The notes below the pieces were generated by a model. It did no database searches, was not told where the DNA came from, and saw nothing but the letters and a program-made list of their open reading frames with translations. This document shows, piece after piece, positions 50,192 through 60,116 of a stretch of DNA of 64,000 nt; the first letter of the stretch is position 1, and each line of letters begins with the position of its first letter. The DNA comes from Candidatus Poribacteria bacterium (GTDB lineage: Bacteria; Poribacteria; WGA-4E; PCPOR2b), in assembly GCA_965208325.1 (NCBI GenBank), contig OZ242326.1, forward strand, positions 2,112,001 to 2,176,000, read 5' to 3'. Made by a program: the position numbers and the translations under genes.

Positions 50192-51838
50192 TCAAATTGC
50201 ATGGGCGATATTTCCCAAGCGTTCAGTTAGCAGCGAGTTTTCGCGATAGTCGATTGGAACAACGACGAGGCACGGCCGATCAGCGGCAAAAGCCTGCTCT
50301 AAAGCAGGGGCTAGGTCACGCGCATTCTCCACTTGGATTCCTTTCCAATCGAACGCCTCAGCTAACTTAACGAAGTCGGGGTTGTCAAACGACAATTCTG
50401 TATTATATCCAAATTCATTCCGCTGTTTCCATTCAATAAGTCCATATCCGCGGTCTTCCCAAATCATCACGACGATATTCGTCCCAATCCTCCGTGCGGT
50501 TTCTAAATCTTGTACATTCATAAGAAACCCGCCATCGCCGCAAATTGCCAGCACACGTCTGTCTGGATTAACCAACTTTGCGGCAATGGCTCCCGGCAAG
50601 GCAAATCCCATGGAGCAGAAGCCGTTGGATATTAAGCAGGTATTCGGTTCGTCACAGTGATAATAACGGGCGATCCACATCTTGTGCGCACCGACGTCGC
50701 TTAAAAGTATATCTGTGGCGCCCAGCACCTTTCGCACATCCCAGAGCACTTTTTGCGGACGGATGCTACCCTCTGTGTCATCATCTTTGTGTTCAGCGAA
50801 ATCGGATAGCATTACATCTCGAATCGGTTTGTATTCATTCACATCATAGCGAATCGGCTCCTGTTTGATACGCTCATTGAGCATCCAAAGGGTGTGCCCA
50901 AGGTCGCCAACAACCTCTACATCTATACGATAATTTTCGTCGACTTCGGCTGGAAGAAAGTCGATATGAACGATTCGTTTATCTGCTTTTGGGTTCCACA
51001 GCCGTGGGTGGTATTCAACCAAATCGTATCCGAGCGTGATGACGAGGTCAGCGGCATCAATGGCTAAAGCCACGACATCCTTGGCTTGCAACCCGATAGT
51101 AAAGAGGTAGTTCGGCGCGTGGCGAGAGATACACCCTTTGCCCATGAATGTGCTAATTACGCCGATGCCTGTGGCGTCCGCGAACTGCCGCAGTTGCGTG
51201 CTTGCTCGTTTGCGAATGGTGCCGTTACCTGCAAGGATTACCGGATTTTTCGCGCTGCGAATTAAATCCATCACCTGATTCACAATCTTGTCATCTGGCA
51301 CTGGGCGGCGCATCCGCTTACTGGGGATAGGCCGGTTTTCAACGGGTAACTTGGCGATATCTTCGGCAAGTTCAATATGGCAGGCTCCGGGTTTTTCGGT
51401 CATTGCCACCTTGAAGGCTTTACGGACAACTTCCGGAATGTTCCCAGGGTGAATTATCGGCATTGCCCACTTCGTGACGGGCTTAAACATCCCGACGACA
51501 TCCATGTTTTGGTGGCTCTCTTTGTGCTGCCTTCGGCTGTCAGCCTGCCCCGTAATAACGACAAGCGGGGCGCGGTCCATGTTGGCGTCGGCCACACCCG
51601 TAATAAGATTCGAAGCGCCGGGCCCCAATGTGCCGAGACAGACAGCCGCCTGGCCGGTCAGTCTTCCGTGCACGTCTGCCATGAAGGCGGCGGCTTGTTC
51701 GTGCCGCGTAAGGATGAACTCAATGGATGAATTCTCAAGCGACATCATAAACTCGGCATTTTCTTCACCCGGTACCCCGAATATATATTTTACGCCCTCG
51801 GCTTCGAGGCACTGTATAAACAGATCTGCAGCTTTCAT
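50192..51838 (-). CDS. Acetolactate synthase large-subunit-like ThDP enzyme
   Basis: FGVPGEE, TRHEQAAAFMA, TLGPGASN, GDGGFLMN. Confidence 0.9.
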   Translation of the reverse strand: MKAADLFIQCLEAEGVKYIFGVPGEENAEFMMSLENSSIEFILTRHEQAAAFMADVHGRLTGQAAVCLGTLGPGASNLITGVADANMDRAPLVVITGQADSRRQHKESHQNMDVVGMFKPVTKWAMPIIHPGNIPEVVRKAFKVAMTEKPGACHIELAEDIAKLPVENRPIPSKRMRRPVPDDKIVNQVMDLIRSAKNPVILAGNGTIRKRASTQLRQFADATGIGVISTFMGKGCISRHAPNYLFTIGLQAKDVVALAIDAADLVITLGYDLVEYHPRLWNPKADKRIVHIDFLPAEVDENYRIDVEVVGDLGHTLWMLNERIKQEPIRYDVNEYKPIRDVMLSDFAEHKDDDTEGSIRPQKVLWDVRKVLGATDILLSDVGAHKMWIARYYHCDEPNTCLISNGFCSMGFALPGAIAAKLVNPDRRVLAICGDGGFLMNVQDLETARRIGTNIVVMIWEDRGYGLIEWKQRNEFGYNTELSFDNPDFVKLAEAFDWKGIQVENARDLAPALEQAFAADRPCLVVVPIDYRENSLLTERLGNIAHAI

Positions 51839-51916
51839 TTAGGCAACTCCTCCTAGTTCATTATCGAAAAGCGAATAGGTCTTTACTTACCCCCAATGTT
51901 TAGACAGTTATGTTTG

Positions 51917-52129
51917 TTATCTATATTGAAATTCGTCCCAAGATAAATCTAAATCGCGAACCACTTTACGGACGATTTCTAATGCTATATCCTGAGAACC
52001 ATGATATGGGATAATTGTTAAACCTCTTGTAGCAGGGTTAAATCACTTTCGGTGAGAACCGCGTTTTGGGCGGGATAATTCTTGGCAACCAAGAGCTCTA
52101 AGCCTCTTTGACAATTTCCGATAGCACAT
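51917..52129 (-). pseudogene. hicA: HicA mRNA interferase with an internal TGA
   Basis: MCYRKLSKRLRALGC...KRGSHRK*FNPAT...IIPYHGSQDI...VVRDLDL; TGA at 52043-52045. Confidence 0.8.
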
Positions 52130-52508
52130 GTGGCACTGTTGCCTCAAACACGTAAGGGCGTGGATACTCGTTAGTCTTATTGGGAGTTTTTGTCGCAAAC
52201 AAGGAAGCTATATCGGTTGCTTTCCAATCATCTATTGGAAGTTGTTGCCAAAATTTTGGGAAAGACACATTTGCGTTTGCGTAAACAATACTATCCGGTA
52301 TTTCTTTACCCAAATCCAAATCTTCGTATAGCTCTATTGTTGCAACAAAAGCATCTAAGGATTGGTGTAGAGCTTCTTCTATAGTATTACCCTGAGTTGC
52401 TAATTCTGGTAATTCTTCACACGTTACCATATAGCAACCTTCCGGTTGTAAATCTAGATTGACTGTAATTCTATAGCAAACCTTGCCAGTAGTAAATCGC
52501 CCTTCCAT
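52098..52508 (-). CDS. hicB: HicB-family antitoxin with extended C-terminus
   Basis: QPEGCYMVTCEELPELATQGNTIEEAL. Confidence 0.82.
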   Translation of the reverse strand: MEGRFTTGKVCYRITVNLDLQPEGCYMVTCEELPELATQGNTIEEALHQSLDAFVATIELYEDLDLGKEIPDSIVYANANVSFPKFWQQLPIDDWKATDIASLFATKTPNKTNEYPRPYVFEATVPHVLSEIVKEA

Positions 52509-52812
52509 TTGCTTTGCCTTTCAAAGCGTGTCTGGTTTTGAATCTTGAAGCAACAACATGGCACCGGAGTTCCATCTACTCCCGCTCAATTTTAGCACTA
52601 CATGTAGTATAGCGTCAAGAAATACAACAACCTCCCACAATTTTGTTAGCAGGCATCGGTATTATGTGTTAAGCTAAAATACCGAATATGTGCGAATGTT
52701 CGTGTGACATACTTAACAGAATGAGTTAGTGAATCTAGAAGCACAAGATCCGTCTGAAACAAGACAGTTCAAAGACAATATCTGATTCTCAGACGTACTT
52801 GGAGTTACCGCT

Positions 52813-53175
52813 ATGATAATCAGCTGCCTCACCGCGAAAAACTGGCGTAATTTTCAATAGATTGATGTACATCTTAGCGAACGCCAGTTTGTTGTAGGCG
52901 CGATTGCGTCCGGAAAATCCAACCTTCTCGGCACTATTCGCTTTCTTCGAGATATCGTAAAAGCGGAGGTCGGACTCCTCCGCTACTTGGAAATATGGGC
53001 TCGGATTTCGCCAAGAAACTCGGGGATATCGCCGTCCCTTCCTCAGCTACGAGCGCGTGTGGAGAAATAATGAACGAATCCTCAATAGACCGGATAAACG
53101 AGACGAGGCAGATCCAGATAGACTGACCCAGACCTTTCTTGAACAGATTAATGTTAATGCCAAATTTCGGGAGGG
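52813..53175 (+). pseudogene. Remnant of an SMC/AAA_21-type ATPase gene
   Basis: MIISCLTAKNWRNFQ*IDV...FVVGAIASGKSNLL..IRFLRDI, then a frameshifted segment WKYGLGF...ERVW...RLTQTFLEQIN; TAG at 52858-52860. Confidence 0.65.
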
Positions 53176-53183
53176 GGCAGCGC

Positions 53184-54290
53184 TTGAGTGTCAGCCATGC
53201 GGATGTTATAATTGTTGGCGGTGGTGTCATCGGTTGTGCGGTTGCTTATAACCTCGCCAAATCTCAGGTAAAGCCGCTTGTAATCGATAAAGCCGGCGGA
53301 GTGGGACGGGAAGCTTCTCGGGCGGGTGCAGGCATATTGGCTTCCCACGCTTCAACGCGAGAACCCTATGCGGAATTGTGCCGTGCGAGCCTTGCGCTTT
53401 ATCCGCCGCTGGCAGAAGAGTTAAAAGCCGAGACGCAGATTGACATTGAGTTTATCCGATCCGGCTCAATCGCCGTATATTCGACTGACGCTGAAAAAAA
53501 TGGCTTGATAAGTCTGGCAGAACGGCGTATCGAGCGCGGCTTTTCTGCTGAAGTGTTGACCGCCGCGCAGGTGTTGGAAATCGAACCCGCCGTCTCAAGA
53601 GATGTGATTGGAGGGGTTCGCTTCCCCCACGATGCGCAGGTCAGAAGTGTCAAACTCTCCAAAGCGCTTGCGAAGGGGGCAGCACAACTGGGGGCGCAGT
53701 TTTTGTTCGGCAACCCAGTCACCGCAATTTTACGCAAGGCAGAACGCGCCGTTGGAGTTGAGGTAAACGGCGAGGCGCACTACGGCGAAACAATCGTAAT
53801 TGCCGCGGGGTGCTGGTCGGGAAAGATGGCTGCGTTCCTCGACTACTCCCTGCCGATTCAACCCGTCCGCGGGCAAATGGTGTTAACTGAAACCACGCCG
53901 CCGCTCTTTCGGCACATCATTGACGGATACGGCGTTTACGTCGTTCCTCGATCAGACGGCAAAGTCCTTATTGGCGCCACAGTTGAATTTGCCGGATTCG
54001 ACAACCGGACAACGTTGGGCGGCATACACGGGCTGATTGAAGCCGGTACCACATTGATGCCGGCGCTCGCCGAAAAGCCGTTCGTACAGGCATGGTCTGG
54101 ATTGCGCCCTTATTCAAAGGGAGGACCTTATCTTGGGAAACTGCCCGGGTACGAAAACGTAATCGCCGCATCAGGACATTTCAAAAATGGCATTCTCCTC
54201 GCGCCGATTACGGGAAAATTAATCGGTGAACTTATAACAACAGGTCGTCCATCAATGTCGCTTGAGCCTTTTCACCTCGGTAAAACGTGA
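53184..54290 (+). CDS. thiO: Glycine oxidase (FAD-dependent)
   Basis: VGGGVIG, ASRAGAGIL, PVRGQM, YVVPR-DG, WSGLRP, GHFKNGILLAP. Start approximate (TTG after GGGAGG). Confidence 0.8.
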   Translation: MSVSHADVIIVGGGVIGCAVAYNLAKSQVKPLVIDKAGGVGREASRAGAGILASHASTREPYAELCRASLALYPPLAEELKAETQIDIEFIRSGSIAVYSTDAEKNGLISLAERRIERGFSAEVLTAAQVLEIEPAVSRDVIGGVRFPHDAQVRSVKLSKALAKGAAQLGAQFLFGNPVTAILRKAERAVGVEVNGEAHYGETIVIAAGCWSGKMAAFLDYSLPIQPVRGQMVLTETTPPLFRHIIDGYGVYVVPRSDGKVLIGATVEFAGFDNRTTLGGIHGLIEAGTTLMPALAEKPFVQAWSGLRPYSKGGPYLGKLPGYENVIAASGHFKNGILLAPITGKLIGELITTGRPSMSLEPFHLGKT

Positions 54291-54440
54291 AAGATTTGCA
54301 ATAATCTAAAGTAGCGTCCTGACGGGAAAGGTTGACCTGTTCTAATTCGCCGATTGCCACGACTGAAAAATGAGGCGATACACCGAGGTAGATTTTCTCA
54401 TCGTACTGCATCAATTTGGAAAGTCTCTCTAAGTGTAAAC

Positions 54441-55478
54441 ATGACACAACACAAGGCTCCGTTAACAGTAGCCGCGTTTGAAATTGCCGCAATCCTGTTG
54501 CTTCTGTCTTCTGTGACGGCAATCTCCATCGGCTGTGATGACAACAAAGCGCCAGATAAAATCGGCGTCAGCGTGCCAACGGCGAAAGCACCGGTTAATG
54601 TGCTCATGAATAAGGCGATGATTGAGCATGAACAGGAGTACGGGGTCGAGATATTGTGGAATGAGGTGCGGCATGAAGGGCCGCAACAAGATGCCGTCGT
54701 TCTGGAAAGGCGTCAGATTAAAGGCATGTTTGAAGATGGGATTCAGGCACTAATCTTGAATCCCGTCGAGGGGAGTGCCGCATATCCAATTTTATTAGAG
54801 GCGCGCCGCTGGGGTGTGCCTGTTATATCCTTAGACAATATGTTAGCCAGTATGCCGGTGCGAGGGCATGTGGGCGTAAATGAGGTGAGGCTGGGAGAGG
54901 AAGCTGCGAAATACGCCGTTTCGCAGATTGGCCATAAGGGAAACGTCCTACTATTGGAAGGCTCTGCCGGATCTGAATCTCTGCGGAACATTGCAATTGG
55001 GGTATACCGAATTTTAGACAAATATCCTGAGGCGATTCATGTTTTTGCACAACCATCCGCACTCACTGCGGAGGCAGCATTCGATTTTACGAATCGGATG
55101 CTGAAAAACTACGCGGGAAACATCCAAGCAATTATAGCAGTTGACAGCACACTCGCAGTCGGTGCAGTTCGCGGTGTTCAGTTGCACGAGCTTGTAGATA
55201 GAATAGTCACCATAGGGGTTGGTGCGGGAGAAGAAGCGTGCCGCCAAATTATGTCCAAGCAACACGACGCAGAAGTCGACCTGATGCCTTATGAACGAGG
55301 ACTTACCGCGTTCAAGGCTGCTATCTACGCTTTGAAGAATCAATCATTCGCTTATGATGCCCAATTGCCCAATGGTGAGATTTTTACCAAAACGAAATTT
55401 GGTCCCGTTCGCCTCATCACCTCTGCGAATTTTGGCGTTCTCAAGCAGATGTGGCCAGATTTGTTCATCCCAAAATGA
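54441..55478 (+). CDS. Sugar ABC substrate-binding lipoprotein (RbsB-like)
   Basis: Lipobox SIGC, ALILNP, GVPVISLD; periplasmic-binding-protein type I pattern. Confidence 0.8.
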   Translation: MTQHKAPLTVAAFEIAAILLLLSSVTAISIGCDDNKAPDKIGVSVPTAKAPVNVLMNKAMIEHEQEYGVEILWNEVRHEGPQQDAVVLERRQIKGMFEDGIQALILNPVEGSAAYPILLEARRWGVPVISLDNMLASMPVRGHVGVNEVRLGEEAAKYAVSQIGHKGNVLLLEGSAGSESLRNIAIGVYRILDKYPEAIHVFAQPSALTAEAAFDFTNRMLKNYAGNIQAIIAVDSTLAVGAVRGVQLHELVDRIVTIGVGAGEEACRQIMSKQHDAEVDLMPYERGLTAFKAAIYALKNQSFAYDAQLPNGEIFTKTKFGPVRLITSANFGVLKQMWPDLFIPK

Positions 55479-55500
55479 GCGAACACGTTGACAGATTAGC

Positions 55501-56073
55501 GTGGAGAATCCTATAATGCCTAAACTCGTCGAGGTAATAATTTTCGGCTTTTTCGTTTGCGGTTCCTTTGCGGCAAACTCAGCGGAGACTGACAAACGGC
55601 CTGAGGTCGGCGGCAAAGCACCAGAATTCGCGCTGCAAGACGCAGCCGATCGGACACATTCGCTGAAAAAGCTGCGCGGCAAGGTGGTCGTTCTAATCCT
55701 CGGAAATCGTAAGATACAAAAAGAAGATGACAAATGGGCACATGCCATTCAAAAGGATTATCAAGAAAACAGCCGTATCGCAACGTTCATCATCGCTGAT
55801 ATGCGGAGCGTTCCGCGGTTTGTACCGAAAGCGCTCATTAAGCGGCAACTCAAGAAAAACAAACCGCCCGTAACGCTGTTGCTCGATTGGAAAGGCGAGA
55901 CCCATAAAGCCTACCGGACGCAAAAAGAGATGCCGAACCTGTATGTTGTAAATCCTGACGGTAAGATAGCATTTCACATCAAATCGAATTTCAGTGACGA
56001 GAAATACGAAAAACTGAAAGCTGTCACTGAGAAAGAAATTGCCAAAATTAAGACAAGAAAGGAAATTGAATGA
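55501..56073 (+). CDS. Secreted redoxin-fold protein lacking the catalytic Cys
   Basis: VG-KAPEF-LQD, LRGKVVVL, LLDW-G, P-LYVVNPDGKI; no CxxC motif. Confidence 0.7.
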   Translation: MENPIMPKLVEVIIFGFFVCGSFAANSAETDKRPEVGGKAPEFALQDAADRTHSLKKLRGKVVVLILGNRKIQKEDDKWAHAIQKDYQENSRIATFIIADMRSVPRFVPKALIKRQLKKNKPPVTLLLDWKGETHKAYRTQKEMPNLYVVNPDGKIAFHIKSNFSDEKYEKLKAVTEKEIAKIKTRKEIE

Positions 56074-56612
56074 CGACAAAGGCGTTATCATCAGAAAGTC
56101 CCTTGGTCAGCATTGTCATGGGAAGCGATTCAGATCTTGCGTGCATGGCTGAGGCTGCCAAGATACTAGAAGAATTTGAGGTTCCGTTTGAGATTACAGT
56201 TTCGTCAGCCCACAGATCGCCGGAACGGACGATTGAGTATACCGTAGATGCTCCCGATCGAGGAATTCATGTGATAATTGCGGGCGCCGGACGCGCCGCC
56301 CATCTTGCCGGCGTCATTGCAGCACATACAACGCTTCCGGTGATTGGCGTTCCGGTGGATGGAGGGCCGCTTAACGGGGTTGATGCACTTTACGCAACCG
56401 TTCAAATGCCGCCCGGCATTCCGGTGGCAACGGTCGCAATCGGATCTAGCGGCGCGCGAAACGCGGGCATACTCGCCGTCCAGATTCTCGCATTAAAATT
56501 CCCGGAACTTGACGATAAACTCAAAGCCTACAAAGCCAATCTTAGCGAAGGCGTGGCAAAGAAAGCCGCGCGGTTATCGGAAGTCGGGTATCGTGAGTAT
56601 TTAACAAAATAG
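56070..56612 (+). CDS. purE: N5-CAIR mutase
   Basis: IVMGSDSD, SAHRSPE, AGAGRAAHLAG, VQMPPGIPVATV. Confidence 0.96.
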   Translation: MTTKALSSESPLVSIVMGSDSDLACMAEAAKILEEFEVPFEITVSSAHRSPERTIEYTVDAPDRGIHVIIAGAGRAAHLAGVIAAHTTLPVIGVPVDGGPLNGVDALYATVQMPPGIPVATVAIGSSGARNAGILAVQILALKFPELDDKLKAYKANLSEGVAKKAARLSEVGYREYLTK

Positions 56613-56672
56613 TATTCATGCGTATTTCGTAATTTTTCAGGTTTTTTCAAATTCTGAATTAATTCATCAAAC

Positions 56673-57095
56673 ATGGCTGAATCCTTTCGCGCGCATAGTC
56701 CGGAAGAAACACAAGCAATCGGGGTACGCGTAGGGCAAAACCTCAAACCCGGCGACATTGTTGCCCTCATCGGAGACCTTGGGGCAGGCAAAACTTGCCT
56801 GACGCAAGGCATTGCGCGCGGCGCGAAAATCGATCCGAACCAGATTGTCAACAGCCCGTCCTACACCCTGATTAACGAATATGAAGGCGAAATTCCAATT
56901 TACCATATAGACCTTTATCGACTCCAACGGCGGGAAGAGATATTAGATCTGGGATTAGAGGTATATTTTGAGGGAAACGGCATCTGTATCATTGAATGGG
57001 CGGATCGAATGCTCGACCTGCTTCCTGAGGGTTACATGGAGATTAAACTCAACTGGGAAGATGAGTTTGTACGTACAATCGAATTTAACCCTTAA
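56673..57095 (+). CDS. tsaE: tRNA threonylcarbamoyladenosine biosynthesis ATPase
   Basis: GDLGAGKT, SPSYTL, HIDLYRL, IIEWA. Confidence 0.95.
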   Translation: MAESFRAHSPEETQAIGVRVGQNLKPGDIVALIGDLGAGKTCLTQGIARGAKIDPNQIVNSPSYTLINEYEGEIPIYHIDLYRLQRREEILDLGLEVYFEGNGICIIEWADRMLDLLPEGYMEIKLNWEDEFVRTIEFNP

Positions 57096-57222
57096 AACCC
57101 GGCTTTACCCGATGGCGGTAAAAGCTAAACACACGGCGAGCATACCGCTATAGAACAAAACGATTCCCCGGTCCAACTCAATAACGAAAAAGGAGCGGCG
57201 CATTTGCGCGCCTCACGTTCCC

Positions 57223-58611
57223 GTGGCAAAGCAACCCAACATCGTGCTCATGGGGGTCGATTCCCTGCGAGCCGATCACATGAGCTGTTACGGCTATCAG
57301 CATTGCACCACACCGCATATTGATCGATTTGCCCAGAGCGGAACGCTCTTTGAGCAAACTTACAGTCCACATATTCCGACAACTAGCGCCTATGCGTCCA
57401 TGCTCACCGGCATGGATTGTTTCAGTACGCAGGCCGTTGCGCTGCGGCATAAAGGGCCGCTAAGGCATGAAGTGAAAACCTTGGCGGAGATACTCCATGG
57501 CGCAGGCTATAACACGGCGTGCGTTGGTTTCGAGGGCAACCCAAGCTCACGCGGTTTTGACAAATACTTGGACTACCGTGCCTGGGGCAGTTGGGCAGAA
57601 GGGCGCAGCCCGAAAGCGCAAAATCTCAACAACGCGGCAATTCCGGAACTGGATCGATTGATTAACTTGGGTGACCCATTTTTTTTGTTCCTTCGCCACA
57701 TGGACCCGCACGCCCCCTATTTACCGCCCGAACCGTACGAGCGCATGTTCTACCACGGGGACGAATTCGACCCGCACAATAAATCCATGAAGCCTGTGAT
57801 GGATTTTAAGCCGTTCTGCGATTTTTTCGCCAGTTGGATGCCGCCCGGCATAACGGACAAAGATTACGTCATCGCCCAATACGACGGAGCAATCGCTTAC
57901 ATGGACGCCTGTATTCAGACAATTTTTACAGCCCTCAAAGCCCGTGGCATCCTGGACGAGACCATCGTCGTCATCAACGGCGATCACGGAGAAACGCTCT
58001 ACGACCATGAATGCTGGTTCGATCATCACGGCCTCTACGATCCGACATTGCATGTGCCGTTAATTATCCGATACCCGAGCAAGATTCCCGCCGGCGCGCG
58101 CGCAAGCGGTTATAATCAGCACAAAGACTTGGCGCCAACCATTCTCGAACTGGCAGAAATCGAGACCGAGATTGAATTTGACGGGGTGAGCCTAATTCCC
58201 TTGATTAACGGTGCAGTTTTTTATTACGAAAGTGAATTCTACATTACTGAATGCACCTGGATGCGGAAGCACGGGTGGCGCACGCCAGAATGGAAGTTAA
58301 TTCACGCCCTTGAGCCTGACTTCCATTTTAAGCCGATGGTAGAACTCTATAACCTCATTAAGGACCCTCAAGAAAACGACAATCTTGCGGAAGCAAATCC
58401 AGATATCGTCGCTAAATTAGAGACGCGGATGCAAAGCTGGATTGAAAAGCGCGAAAGTGAAACTGGCATGGAAAACCCCATGATGACGCAAGGGGATTGG
58501 CACGGGCATAACGGCATTGGCCCTTTCAAGACCTCGCAGCAGGCTTATGATACGCTTCATATCGGCAATCCGGGACAAGCTGCGCGAATGCAGGCGGAAG
58601 CCAGAAAATGA
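57223..58611 (+). CDS. Sulfatase-like hydrolase (alkaline phosphatase superfamily) with a non-canonical active-site motif
   Basis: PNIVL..VDSLRAD, TP-ID, DPHAPY, GDHGE, ELYNL-KDP-E. The signature reads PTTSAYASMLTG rather than CxPxR. Confidence 0.85.
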   Translation: MAKQPNIVLMGVDSLRADHMSCYGYQHCTTPHIDRFAQSGTLFEQTYSPHIPTTSAYASMLTGMDCFSTQAVALRHKGPLRHEVKTLAEILHGAGYNTACVGFEGNPSSRGFDKYLDYRAWGSWAEGRSPKAQNLNNAAIPELDRLINLGDPFFLFLRHMDPHAPYLPPEPYERMFYHGDEFDPHNKSMKPVMDFKPFCDFFASWMPPGITDKDYVIAQYDGAIAYMDACIQTIFTALKARGILDETIVVINGDHGETLYDHECWFDHHGLYDPTLHVPLIIRYPSKIPAGARASGYNQHKDLAPTILELAEIETEIEFDGVSLIPLINGAVFYYESEFYITECTWMRKHGWRTPEWKLIHALEPDFHFKPMVELYNLIKDPQENDNLAEANPDIVAKLETRMQSWIEKRESETGMENPMMTQGDWHGHNGIGPFKTSQQAYDTLHIGNPGQAARMQAEARK

Positions 58612-58730
58612 AACTAGCTTTTTTGCGTTTGACCGTTGACTTATCCGCTCATCTTGGTGATATGCAACAACGTTAAAACCTTGTAATTGAACTTGCTTGA
58701 TAGCTCCAACTATAAGGAGGAAAAAAACAG

Positions 58731-58916
58731 ATGCCCATCTATGAATATCAGTGCACAGCATGCGCGTCCAAATTTGAAGCCCTGCAACGCATCAATGCGG
58801 ATAATCAAGATTTAATTTGTCCCATATGCGGTGCACCGGAACCGACCAAGGTCTTCTCACGCTTTGCATCTTTGGGCGTCGAGAGTGGCGGTGCATGTGA
58901 GACAGGCTCTACATGA
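58731..58916 (+). CDS. FmdB-family zinc-ribbon protein; possible selenocysteine read-through to 58940
   Basis: MPIYEYQC-AC...CPICG; AAGGAGG RBS. Confidence 0.88.
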   Translation: MPIYEYQCTACASKFEALQRINADNQDLICPICGAPEPTKVFSRFASLGVESGGACETGST

Positions 58917-59180
58917 GCACTGCCTGGATCGGACAGTTAGTCCGAATATGATAGCGCAGTTGAAGACCTTTGTGTCTGGTAATGGGCAGTGACCCCAATT
59001 GTTTGGGCACAAATTGTGCCGATTCCCGCGTAGTCTTTACGTATGAATATAGGAGTGGGCGAACGTTGACTACGATGGTATGTAAAATAGCCAACGTCCA
59101 TCTTTTCTTTTTTGAGAGATTGAGGCATAATCGGAGGTGAATGCCTCTCCCGCTTCCTTCCTAATTGATCGGCTTAAGAG

Positions 59181-59387
59181 TTAATCCGCTACTGGAATCG
59201 AATCCAATAGTTTCTTCAACCCTTCAATGCTTTCCAGTGTTTTCATTGCGTTATCAAATGAGCTATTATCAGCATCGAAACTAGTGTGACGCAGTGTCTT
59301 GATGACTTCTCCGATTATTGTTCCTGAATCCAAAACCTTATCAATTACTTCGTTCTTAACATCTTCCGTGAATTGTGTAGTGGGCAT
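59181..59387 (-). CDS. Hypothetical 68-aa helical protein
   Basis: GGAGG RBS before ATG 59387; natural amino-acid composition. Confidence 0.6.
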   Translation of the reverse strand: MPTTQFTEDVKNEVIDKVLDSGTIIGEVIKTLRHTSFDADNSSFDNAMKTLESIEGLKKLLDSIPVAD

Positions 59388-59702
59388 GACATCCTCCGTT
59401 GAATTAGTTTTCTGTTTACGTGCGAACACATGAGTGAGTGCACGTCAGAAGGCGCAAACAACCATGTTTTGACGTCCATCTCCCCGAAGTTTGAGAATTG
59501 GATAGGAGCATAAAGCAAATCCAATTCCACCGTCCATATCTTAACATGAAGTATATTCCTGCCTCAAATATTTTCGCCTTTACTTCCTACAAATTTTAAG
59601 TTGCCAAACGCGCGATTGGTTTGCGATAAATCCGCGACCTACAAAACGTCAATCTTCCCACTGCGTAACGCCAATTAAATTCGGATATCGCTTAAAATTC
59701 AG

Positions 59703-59737
59703 ACAGCATATTGCACAAATTTTGAGCAATATGCTGT
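59703..59737. promoter_or_regulatory. Palindrome containing an NtrC-like enhancer site
   Basis: ACAGCATATTGC-N11-GCAATATGCTGT; core TGCACAAATTTTGAGCA resembles TGCAC-N7-GTGCA. Confidence 0.55.
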
Positions 59738-59902
59738 TTTTTTTGTTTGGGCTGATTGTATGAGAATTCTTTTTACACAATTTTCTGTTGGCCAAATCGT
59801 GTTGAATAGTGCCGCGAACACTTGAAATTTCTATGTTTACGTTGATAGGAGTGGAGTGATACAATTTAATGCCTATAGCAAGCTAGACGCTAAATTAGGT
59901 TT

Positions 59903-59918
59903 TGGCATCTCTTTTGCT
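59903..59918 (+). promoter_or_regulatory. Sigma54 (-24/-12) promoter
   Basis: TGGCATCTCTTTTGCT, with exact GG-N10-GC spacing, upstream of porin-urtA-urtB. Confidence 0.75.
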
Positions 59919-60116
59919 TCTCTTTAAGAGAAATTGAGTGACTAAACAGGATTCTTTTCCTGTTTTTCAATTCTCCTTAAACTCTCTGTTATAACCTGTG
60001 GCGCTCTGGTAGTTTCCGTTAAGTAATTTTTTGAGTTTTAGAGATTAATGTACGGTGTAACAGGATAACAGGTTTTTAAGGCAACGATTTTCTATCACAA
60101 AATTGGAGATTTTTTC

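Noticed and set aside
14848..52860. Alternative genetic code explaining the in-frame stops
   Set aside because: All three stop codons are involved, one case is a frameshift, and intact genes use TGA, TAG and TAA as normal terminators.
58909..59128. Two 61-63 aa minus-strand ORFs
   Set aside because: No recognisable motif; they overlap each other and the FmdB 3' hairpin.
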